From positions 1 through 27,808 of the forward strand of contig JAEOTP010000026.1 of the NCBI GenBank assembly GCA_016839765.1: a DNA stretch of 27,808 nt, written 5' to 3'. The stretch is from Promethearchaeota archaeon (GTDB lineage Archaea; Asgardarchaeota; Lokiarchaeia; Sigyniarchaeales; SOKP01). The position numbers and the translations under genes were made by a program. Below the pieces are notes generated by a model. It made no database searches. It saw nothing but the letters and a program-made list of their open reading frames with translations, and had not been told where the DNA came from. Below are positions 9,862 to 18,169 of this stretch, one piece after another (position 1 is the first letter of the stretch; each line of letters starts with the position of its first letter).

Positions 9862-11064
9862 TTAATTTTCTTTTAGCTCGTGCATTATTAATCCAGAGAG
9901 AACTTTTGGGTCAAACCAGGTAGATTTTGGGGGCATCACTCCACCCTCATCTGCGATTGACTCTAAATCTCTTATATTGACCGGATATAAGTTTACAAAT
10001 AAATCATTTCCTCTCTCTGTTATATAGTTCTCCATTTCTTCGGGATTTTGTATACCACCAACGAAGAATAGGTTTTCATCAGCACGTGGATCAATAATCC
10101 CTAGGATTGGTTCCAAAATTTCATCTTGAAGAATAGCTACATCTAAAGAATCTCGCTTAGATTTAAATTTTTTATTCTTAATTAAAAGTTTATACCAATT
10201 TCCCTTCAAACATATAGCTAATTCATTTTTCTTTTTTGGATTAAATGCATTTTCAATTGGTATTACTTTAAATTTTTCTTCTAAATTATTTAAGAATTCG
10301 CTATCACTCATTGGAAGCTTTTTGATAACACGATTATAAGGTAATATACGAATTTGATCGTCAGAAGCAACATAAGAGAGTAAATATTGCCAAGGAGCAT
10401 CGATTTCTTTATCTACACTAGACTCTTTCAATTGAATTTTACGGTATTCTGCCGCACTTGCGGCTCTGTGATGACCATCAGCAATGTATATCTTTTCATT
10501 CCTAAATAGAACTTTTAATTGTTTGATTGTAGAGGGATTATTTTCTTGCCATAATAAATGCTCATAACCATACTTCTTGAATTTAAATTTGGGTTTTTGT
10601 TGTTTTATTCGCTCAATTAGGGCATTAATCCTTTTATTAACCCGAAATACTGTCCAAACTAAACCTACTGCAACATTTGTGGTTAGAATATGATTTTTCC
10701 TGTCTTTAAGCGGTTTTTCACGTGTAAATTCATGTTTTACAATATATCCATCTTCATAATCTTGGAGCGAAACTCCAATTATCAATCCTTGATGACTAAA
10801 AGAAGCTGATTCTTGGCGATATACAAAAATACTGGGGATTTTTTCTTGTTCAATGAGATTCTTATCTTTGAAATCTTTATAAACTTTAGAAGCATTCAGA
10901 TAAATTTCATCACCTTCTCCATCAGGCAATATAAGATGGATTAATGAATTAGGGTTCCTCTTTAATTCTTGTTCTTCCTGTTTATTAATTACATCATAAG
11001 GGTTGGTACAGAATTCTTCTGGATTTACGGGAATATATGGTTTAAGCGGAGATATATCTACCAT
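9862..11064 (-). CDS. DUF1015 family protein (ParB/Srx-like N-terminal fold)
   Basis: PYDVI, HEFT...K..DR, YIADGHHR, ILPYNR, LDV..L, MPPKSTWFDPK..SGL. Confidence 0.9.
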   Translation of the reverse strand: MVDISPLKPYIPVNPEEFCTNPYDVINKQEEQELKRNPNSLIHLILPDGEGDEIYLNASKVYKDFKDKNLIEQEKIPSIFVYRQESASFSHQGLIIGVSLQDYEDGYIVKHEFTREKPLKDRKNHILTTNVAVGLVWTVFRVNKRINALIERIKQQKPKFKFKKYGYEHLLWQENNPSTIKQLKVLFRNEKIYIADGHHRAASAAEYRKIQLKESSVDKEIDAPWQYLLSYVASDDQIRILPYNRVIKKLPMSDSEFLNNLEEKFKVIPIENAFNPKKKNELAICLKGNWYKLLIKNKKFKSKRDSLDVAILQDEILEPILGIIDPRADENLFFVGGIQNPEEMENYITERGNDLFVNLYPVNIRDLESIADEGGVMPPKSTWFDPKVLSGLIMHELKEN

Positions 11065-11104
11065 AATATTAAATAAAAGATGTGAGTTTATATATTAATT
11101 TCGA

Positions 11105-11653
11105 TTATTTGATTGCTATATATCCTTCCAGCTTTAATAATCGCCTTTTAAGTTTTGTTTCCCATGTCTTATCTGATTTACCCATGAAGCCCCCTATTTC
11201 TCCGTTTTTTCTTAATACACGGTGGCATGGGATTATTAGCGGTATAGGATTTGCTTTACAAACATTTCCTATGGCTCGAAACGCTTTAGAATTAATTTTC
11301 TTCCCGATATCATAATACGTGGTTATTTCACCAAGGTTTATAGTTAATAGTGTTTCAATTACCTTTCGAGAGAAGTCTGATTTAAATTTATCATTTAGAT
11401 CTAACTCAATGTTAAGTTTTTTAAACTCTTTATATAAATTAAGCTTTTGCCCTTGTAAATAATTTAAAACAAGATTTTCAATTTCAGAAAGAAGTGCAGC
11501 TTCATTGGAATTATTTTTAGATGATGGTTCAAGATTATTTAATTTAATATAATCTAATACTTCTCTTTCATTCTTGAATATATCTAATTCTTCTAATTTT
11601 ATCTTTTTCTTATTTTTTAAATATTTATAGGAAAGAAGTATAAAAATATTCAT
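11105..11653 (-). CDS. ogt: Methylated-DNA--protein-cysteine methyltransferase
   Basis: GEITTY, AFRAIGNVCKANPIPLIIPCHRV active-site motif, LLKLEG; true start may be upstream (see findings). Confidence 0.92.
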   Translation of the reverse strand: MNIFILLSYKYLKNKKKIKLEELDIFKNEREVLDYIKLNNLEPSSKNNSNEAALLSEIENLVLNYLQGQKLNLYKEFKKLNIELDLNDKFKSDFSRKVIETLLTINLGEITTYYDIGKKINSKAFRAIGNVCKANPIPLIIPCHRVLRKNGEIGGFMGKSDKTWETKLKRRLLKLEGYIAIK

Positions 11654-11843
11654 TGGGTCAGACTTAAAAAAGTATGTGGTAATTTTTTTTTACCTCATGG
11701 ACGATTTTAATTTATCAATTCGATAAGTATATAAATTAAATCTATTATCTCTCTATTAATATTATTTATCTTTATTAATTAAAATTTATAAAGTAAGTAA
11801 AAATTGATATATTTTTTTTATACTTTTTAAGAGTTAATATACT

Positions 11844-12881
11844 ATGTCTAAAGATTTAAAAAATGTAATAGATGGGATTGAATCAAGTGAAAAAGAATCT
11901 GCAGTATTACAAACTAAAATTGATAGATTAAAAGAGTTAGTTGATAAACAAAATAAAGTCATCAGAGCTTATGAAGATATCATAGAAGAGCAAAAAACAA
12001 AAATTTCTAGGATGTATGATATTCCGGATGATGTATTAGAATTGAAAGAGTTAATTGTTACCCAGAGAGTTTCGATTAATGAAAAAGAAAGAGAATTAGA
12101 AATGGCTAAAGGCAATGTTGTTGAGGCACAAAGAGAAATGGATTATGCTAAAAAGCAAAATATCCCGACTCAAAGAAAGTTAGAGGAATTTCTTGAATTA
12201 GTTAGAAATCTTAAAGCAGAATTAGCAGAAAAAAATTCTGAAATTTTGTTAAAAAATGAAACTCTAAAAAATCTTGAAAATAAAGTTCAAGAAATTCAAG
12301 CGTTTGCAGATAAATTGCAAGATGAACAACTGAAATTGTTATCAAGTATGGATCAAAAGTGGAAAACAGAGATTGAAGATATTAAAAATGAACATTTCGA
12401 AGAAAAAAAGGAGTTGACTGCTAAAATTGCTGAGTTAGATAAATTTCTCTTTGATTTTAAGTTAGTTTCAACAGAAGCTACTTCTGAAGCAAAAGATGTG
12501 AAATCTAGGTTTGAAGAAATTCATCAAAAATATGAAGATTTAATTAATAAGGTTGAACAATTAAGAGATGAAAAGAGAGAAGCCGAAAAAAAAATGAGGC
12601 AATTACAAGAAAAAGCTGATGAAGTGGATAAGTTTAAAGATAAAAACATGAAAAAAATTATATATTTTGATAAACTCACCCCTTTAATGGAAAAAGAAGC
12701 TCAATTTAAAGCTTTCTTAATAGTTGAAAAAGTTGGATCAATAAGTGTAGACGATCTTAGAAATGCACTTGGTTCTCCTATTGTATTAGTTAAAAAAATC
12801 GTAGAGAGCCTCCAAGATGCTGATCTTTTTGAGATTGACGATAATGATAAGATTTCTGTAAAAAAAGCTGAAATTTCTTAA
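11844..12881 (+). CDS. Long coiled-coil protein with C-terminal winged-helix-like domain
   Basis: About 270 aa of E/K/L-rich heptads, then FKAFLIVEKVGSISVDDLRNALGSPIVLVKKIVESLQDADLFEI; no Walker motifs. Confidence 0.75.
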   Translation: MSKDLKNVIDGIESSEKESAVLQTKIDRLKELVDKQNKVIRAYEDIIEEQKTKISRMYDIPDDVLELKELIVTQRVSINEKERELEMAKGNVVEAQREMDYAKKQNIPTQRKLEEFLELVRNLKAELAEKNSEILLKNETLKNLENKVQEIQAFADKLQDEQLKLLSSMDQKWKTEIEDIKNEHFEEKKELTAKIAELDKFLFDFKLVSTEATSEAKDVKSRFEEIHQKYEDLINKVEQLRDEKREAEKKMRQLQEKADEVDKFKDKNMKKIIYFDKLTPLMEKEAQFKAFLIVEKVGSISVDDLRNALGSPIVLVKKIVESLQDADLFEIDDNDKISVKKAEIS

Positions 12882-12926
12882 TTTATTATATTTCTTTTTA
12901 ACCAGAATCAATAATATCTTAGAGCA

Positions 12927-13304
12927 TTAAATTTTCGCAAGATCTTTATATAAATCAGGTAAAACCTTTTTAAATTTACCATCTTGAATTTTTTCTAAAA
13001 TTTCAGCCGCAATAGTCTTTAAAATCTCTCGATATTTGTTGGGTTTCTCATCTCGTCTTAGTATTAGAGCTACAACATAATTTTCAACACTAATGTAATC
13101 AGATCCAACCCCAGAGAAAAAAGATACGACCTTATTGTTCTTTAGAGAAATACTTGCGAAACCAGGGCGAAGACTTTGGTATCTATGTGAAGAATACACT
13201 TGTGTAAGTAAATTATTTGTAATTTTTAGGTTTTCTGGGTAAAATCCTTCATTTATTGGTCCAATCTCATTATCCCATCGAATTACTAGTATCCCCACGG
13301 GCAA
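12927..13304 (-). CDS. Stand-alone longin/uDENN-like domain protein
   Basis: TTG start 7 nt after GAGGT; N-terminal hydrophobic strand + WDNEIGP..YP motif; beta-beta-alpha-beta-beta-beta-alpha-alpha pattern over 125 aa. Confidence 0.7.
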   Translation of the reverse strand: MPVGILVIRWDNEIGPINEGFYPENLKITNNLLTQVYSSHRYQSLRPGFASISLKNNKVVSFFSGVGSDYISVENYVVALILRRDEKPNKYREILKTIAAEILEKIQDGKFKKVLPDLYKDLAKI

Positions 13305-13504
13305 AACAAAAACCTCTTGAATAGTTAAAATATGAAATTATTTCTTTTATTATAATTTTAATATCTTGTCATTATTTATTTATTTTTATTTTTATAATAT
13401 ATTTTCTATTAAATAATAATGTCATTTGATTTACCATAAAAAATATCATGTGTTTATTGACAATCTGATAAGAAGTAATATAAAGAAGCCAGAGTATTCA
13501 AAGT

Positions 13505-13517
13505 AAAACTTTAAATT
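13505..13517 (+). promoter_or_regulatory. Putative BRE/TATA promoter of tRNA-Leu
   Basis: AAAAC-TTTAAATT about 50 nt upstream of the mature tRNA 5' end. Confidence 0.4.
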
Positions 13518-13563
13518 AGAAATAAAATTTTTTTCAATATTACTGAACTCACCTCCAATAAAA

Positions 13564-13682
13564 GGCGGGGTTACCGAGTCTGGTCAATGGTTGTGTCTTA
13601 GAATGGGTCAAGACCGATTATAGGTGCTGGACTTAAGATCCAGTGGCAAAGGCCTTCGGGAGTTCAAATCTCCCCCCCGCCA
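13564..13682 (+). tRNA. tRNA-Leu(UAA) with 34-nt intron (13588-13621) in the D-arm at position 21/22; CCA not encoded
   Basis: Acceptor GGCGGGG/CCCCGCC+A; anticodon arm CTGGA-CTTAAGA-TCCAG (TAA at 13634-13636); long variable arm; T-arm GGGAG-TTCAAAT-CTCCC; removing the intron restores GAGTCTGGTCAA|AGGTG and an 85-nt tRNA. Confidence 0.93.
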
Positions 13683-13834
13683 TTCTTTTTATGTTTAATT
13701 AAAGAAAAGCGGCAGTTTTCTTTGATTGCTTCTAAATATTATTTTTTAATCCATTTTTTAGTTTATTAATTAGTAAAATCTTATAAAATAAGCAACTAAT
13801 ATCATTACTAATTAAAACAATTTTTTTAAAATTC

Positions 13835-15121
13835 TTGGTAATAAGAATGAAATTGATTGAAATTATAGGATTGGAAGATAAACATGCGAAACTCTTGGAA
13901 AAAGCTGGGATTAGGGAAATCGAAGATTTACTCCCATTAACACCTTATCAGATCAAGCAATTAGCCAGAAGTATTGGAGTTTCAGTGAAAACACTTGATA
14001 CCTGGCAAGAGCACGCTGACTTAATGCGGATTGAAGGGGTTGATCCAAAAATCGCAAATGCTCTAAATTTAATCGGGATTGATTCGGTAAAAGAATTTGC
14101 TTATAGGAATGCTAAAAATACTTTAGAAAAACTAAAGCAATTAAAGAACGAAAAACCAAAAGTTTTAATTAAAGTCCCAACACTGAAAGATATAGAGAAC
14201 TGGATTGGGAAGGCTAAAGGTCTAGAAGGTGCGCCCAAAAAGCCAAAACCTAAAAAAGAACCTGAAGAACCTGCCCCAACACCTATTACTCCCATTGAGT
14301 ACATACCTATTGAAGAATTTAAAGGTAATTTTGGAGATTATGGTCCAGATTATTGGAATAACAAGTGGGAAACAGCACCAATAATTTACACAGGAAGGGC
14401 GTTAAGAGGTGAATCCTATAGAAAACAAATTGATGCGGATGTAAAGACTTTTATCAAAAAGGATGATGCCATCTTATGGCATGTCATTACCCAAGTCGGT
14501 CTGAGGAGGGATAACCCAAACGAAACTGCCCATGCTATACAAAATTTTGTTTGTAATTTCCTCAAATATAAATATGATGATGAATCGGTTGATTGCCCCG
14601 AATTTTGGCAATTTCCTTTTGAATCGATTCAATCTGAGATAGGTGACTGTGAAGATGGTGCTATTCTTATAGCGAGTTTATTGATTAATGCAGGGATCCC
14701 CTCATGGCGGGTTAAAGTTTGTGCTGCTCAGGTTATCGCAGATCCAGTTTTTGCGCCATCTGATTCTGAACTTGGAGGTCATGCCTATTGTATATATCTA
14801 GCTGATAGAGCTGATTCTGAGAGAAATTTAGAATGGGTTATTTTGGATTGGTGTTATCTACAAGACCCGGAAATTCCTATCGAAGAAAAACCACTAGCAG
14901 GAGATGGTGGACAGGAAGGAGCATATAAAGATATTTGGTTTACCTTTAATGACGAGTATAGTTGGGCGCAAAGTGCTTTTGAAGTAAAAGAAGGAAGAAT
15001 TAGTAACAAAAGACAATTAAAGAAAGACGAAGTTTTAGCTCCAATGTCCGATATTATGAAGCTATTAGCAAGTGAAGAACTAATTAAGGTATTTAAAAAA
15101 TATGGAATTTATACTGAGTAA
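13835..15121 (+). CDS. DUF4332-like helix-hairpin-helix domain fused through a Pro/Lys-rich linker to a transglutaminase-like Cys-His-Asp domain
   Basis: N-term LIEIIGL..K..LLEKAGI..IEDL, WQEHADLMRIEGV; linker APKKPKPKKEPEEPAPTPITP; YWQFPFE-like FWQFPFE...GDCEDGAIL, GGHAYC, WVILDW; likely start is ATG 13847. Confidence 0.8.
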   Translation: MVIRMKLIEIIGLEDKHAKLLEKAGIREIEDLLPLTPYQIKQLARSIGVSVKTLDTWQEHADLMRIEGVDPKIANALNLIGIDSVKEFAYRNAKNTLEKLKQLKNEKPKVLIKVPTLKDIENWIGKAKGLEGAPKKPKPKKEPEEPAPTPITPIEYIPIEEFKGNFGDYGPDYWNNKWETAPIIYTGRALRGESYRKQIDADVKTFIKKDDAILWHVITQVGLRRDNPNETAHAIQNFVCNFLKYKYDDESVDCPEFWQFPFESIQSEIGDCEDGAILIASLLINAGIPSWRVKVCAAQVIADPVFAPSDSELGGHAYCIYLADRADSERNLEWVILDWCYLQDPEIPIEEKPLAGDGGQEGAYKDIWFTFNDEYSWAQSAFEVKEGRISNKRQLKKDEVLAPMSDIMKLLASEELIKVFKKYGIYTE

Positions 15122-15230
15122 AATAAGAAAAATAAATAACTATATAAATTTTTTTCCTTTAAATTCGTGAAATTATATAGATATTGAAAGGTTATTATAA
15201 GAAAATTAAGAAAAAGGGATAATTTATTTT

Positions 15231-17318
15231 TCATCGTTTCTTATGGTAAATGGAAACTATCACACCGAAAATTAAGCCAACACTTGAAAATCCAATAGCA
15301 CCTATCATTATTCCAATATAATACAAATCCGCTAGTTCATAATAATTAACAGGTAAATCTTCTTTTATTTGTGTATATCGAAGGGTTACGTTATCTCTAA
15401 TATAAACTAACCAATTTAAGACAGTATTCATGTCGCTGTCGGTTAAGTTAAAATTACTAGAAAATTTAAGAGCATTGTAGTGATTAGAAGATCCTAATTT
15501 TGCTTCGTACCAAATTGATATTCCTTTTCGATTAACAAATGAATAGTAGCTATTTTCATCCCATAAACTTTTTGATTGTGTGCAATTCAGATTTGAAGGG
15601 ATTGGTATTCCAATCTCAAAATTTTTAGTTGAAGATTCCAATGATAAAAATGGTGCAATATCAATTCCTTCAGGAATTGACGATCCATTTGCCCATTGGC
15701 GGTAAAATTCAATCTCTGCAAATTCTGGCATTGAATCAATATTTTTTAGATTACACAAATCTAAAGGATATTGTTTAATAAGATTAGGTATTATGTCATA
15801 TCTTAAGGTAGAAAATAGCCAACCATTGGTTAAATTTATTTGATCTACTGTTAAATTGAATGTTGAGATTAATTCGTTTTGAGCGATTGAATCTCCCTCT
15901 GCAGCTTTTATCCATGTCACGATTCCAAACCTGTTTGTAAGTGATGAGGTATTGGCTTTATCAAAAAGGGCTTGAACTATTTCTAATGAAATATTAGTTT
16001 TAGTGATATACAATACTTCCATGGAAGTCTTGTTATAGACGATGCATGCTTCAATACCTTTATATCCTTCACGGAGTTCAAGTCCATCTTCAATAACAGT
16101 CCCATTTGCCCACTGTTCATAAAATAAAACTTCTGCATATACTGTAGTATTCATACCAAGTCCAATAGGTTCAGGATATTTAATTAAATTTGGAACAATG
16201 GTGTTTTTTACTGGATCAAATAACCATGTAAGAATTTTATCTACTTGATTCGATGTTATAGAAAAATTATTACTTAATTCAAATTTAATGTCCGTAGTTG
16301 CATTTGCCCAATTTAAAAAGCCGGTATCATTAACAAATGAAGAAGGATTAGTTGGATCCCAGAGATCTTTTGCTGATGTAAATGAGATACCTGTTGGAGT
16401 GATAATTATTCCACCAAGAGATGTCCCTGCTTCATATCTAGTTAAAGTTTGATTAATTAGATCACTGAAATCATTTAAATTTATATAATCATTATAGAAG
16501 CTTAAATTAGCCCATTGAGCATAAAATTCAAATTCAGCAGGATTGGTAATCCCTTTCAAGTCGTAATAATTCTTTACAAGCGTATTCCACAAATAGCTTT
16601 TAATATAAGCTGATAAATTCTGGAGTTGACCAGATGACCATGTACAATTATAAACATTTTCCATTAATGATCGATTTCCAGGATCCGATTCGGCAAGAGA
16701 ATAGAATTCAAGCCAATTATTAACTCCAAATCCAAAATTAAGATTAGTGGTTAAACCAGGATAGACAGTGCTATCATATGTAAATCCATTAAGTAGTCTT
16801 GTTTGAGCAATATCAGAATAATTAAGACTAACTGACCCCATCATACGCTCTGAAACCCCTTCAATCGGAGTAGAATAATTATCTTGAAATTCATAATTAT
16901 TAAAAAAGTAATCACTTGCATTAACGAAACTTGTAGAGTTCTGCACTTGAACCAGACCTATTACTCCATTTATTTCCTTTGCTGCTTTCGAACCATTAAT
17001 TATTGGAGAAAAACCATTAATGGTTTCATTTTTAATAAATCTAAGAAACTGAGGAATATGCCTTACTTTAGCAACATCCGTTTCAAGATCAATTAATTCT
17101 TCTTCCACCATTCGGGGAAGAACTTCTGGAATGCATAATCCTTTATATTCTTGTTCAATATATGAAATTCCTTCATTTTTGAGAGTTAAAAGAACTTCTG
17201 ATGCATTGGCGGGAACTTGATCTCGAAAATACCCCTTAGCTAGAAATGCAGTTGGTATTAAACCTATACCGATTATTAATAGAATAAAAGAAAGCCTTAA
17301 TTTGTATAGCTTAGACAT
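15231..17318 (-). CDS. Large membrane-anchored surface glycoprotein with N- and C-terminal TM helices and internal ~135-aa repeats
   Basis: TM at about aa 9-27 and about aa 666-691; FYxQWAN motifs with Q at aa 268, 402, 541; many N-x-S/T sequons. Confidence 0.8.
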   Translation of the reverse strand: MSKLYKLRLSFILLIIGIGLIPTAFLAKGYFRDQVPANASEVLLTLKNEGISYIEQEYKGLCIPEVLPRMVEEELIDLETDVAKVRHIPQFLRFIKNETINGFSPIINGSKAAKEINGVIGLVQVQNSTSFVNASDYFFNNYEFQDNYSTPIEGVSERMMGSVSLNYSDIAQTRLLNGFTYDSTVYPGLTTNLNFGFGVNNWLEFYSLAESDPGNRSLMENVYNCTWSSGQLQNLSAYIKSYLWNTLVKNYYDLKGITNPAEFEFYAQWANLSFYNDYINLNDFSDLINQTLTRYEAGTSLGGIIITPTGISFTSAKDLWDPTNPSSFVNDTGFLNWANATTDIKFELSNNFSITSNQVDKILTWLFDPVKNTIVPNLIKYPEPIGLGMNTTVYAEVLFYEQWANGTVIEDGLELREGYKGIEACIVYNKTSMEVLYITKTNISLEIVQALFDKANTSSLTNRFGIVTWIKAAEGDSIAQNELISTFNLTVDQINLTNGWLFSTLRYDIIPNLIKQYPLDLCNLKNIDSMPEFAEIEFYRQWANGSSIPEGIDIAPFLSLESSTKNFEIGIPIPSNLNCTQSKSLWDENSYYSFVNRKGISIWYEAKLGSSNHYNALKFSSNFNLTDSDMNTVLNWLVYIRDNVTLRYTQIKEDLPVNYYELADLYYIGIMIGAIGFSSVGLIFGVIVSIYHKKR

Positions 17319-17417
17319 AATAAATTATTTATTGTATACTTTATAAACTTTTACTCATGATTCTAGTACGTTTTAATTTGAAAAAACTTTTAAAAGCATT
17401 TAATATAAATTAATTTT

Positions 17418-17996
17418 ATGAATATTAAAAATATTAAAAATATTACAAAACAAACTATAAATATTATCTCAGTATTCAGTGTATTATTATTGCCTATTTA
17501 CATAATTACCGCATTTATAATGACCCTCATACCAGAATTTTATTATTCTTGGTATCTCAGTAATATTCTTCAAGCAGATTATAGTACGATTGGTTTTATA
17601 CTTTTTTTCGTAATTTTTTTGGTAAGTTTTAGATTCAAGGAGAAAATCCAAAATAATTTGATCTTTATATTAATTCTTCCTATTTCGGCAGTATTCCTTA
17701 TTTTATTCTCATTGACTTGGAGATCTGAACATTATATCATTTTAACAATCATAAGTGGTCCTTTCATTGGGTTCTCAATTCCAGTTACGTTTGAATTCTC
17801 TCGTAATAATATATTCCCTAGACAAGAAAATAGGATTAATTTAATAATATCTCTAATTGTTTTCCTTGGGTTTCTGATTTATTCTTTCATCATCTTTAAC
17901 TATTTGGGTCAATTTTTTTGGAGATTAATTTACATTATTACAGGAGGGGCAATTATCATAGCATCTTTCTATATTTCTATTATAACTAAGACTTAA
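17418..17996 (+). CDS. Six-TM membrane protein resembling the N-terminal half of an MFS transporter
   Basis: Six hydrophobic segments; TM4-like ISGPFIGFSIP, TM6-like WRLIYIITG; only 192 aa. Confidence 0.55.
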   Translation: MNIKNIKNITKQTINIISVFSVLLLPIYIITAFIMTLIPEFYYSWYLSNILQADYSTIGFILFFVIFLVSFRFKEKIQNNLIFILILPISAVFLILFSLTWRSEHYIILTIISGPFIGFSIPVTFEFSRNNIFPRQENRINLIISLIVFLGFLIYSFIIFNYLGQFFWRLIYIITGGAIIIASFYISIITKT

Positions 17997-18169
17997 TTAA
18001 ACTGAAAATAGTTTGAAAACTAACTTGTGACTGCTGAAATAAACTGAATTTATATAATTTTCAATAATATTTTTCCTTATTTTTAAAAAGTATGAAGTAA
18101 TTAAATAAAATTTACAGCTATTTTAATTTAAAAATAAATCTGATTTAATTATTTAAAATATCTAATATG

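Noticed and set aside
11844-12881. Annotation as SMC/Rad50
   Set aside because: No Walker A/B, signature motif, hinge or zinc hook
13564-17996. Possible integrated element at tRNA-Leu
   Set aside because: No integrase or transposase, and I found no duplicate of the tRNA 3' end (att site) in the window
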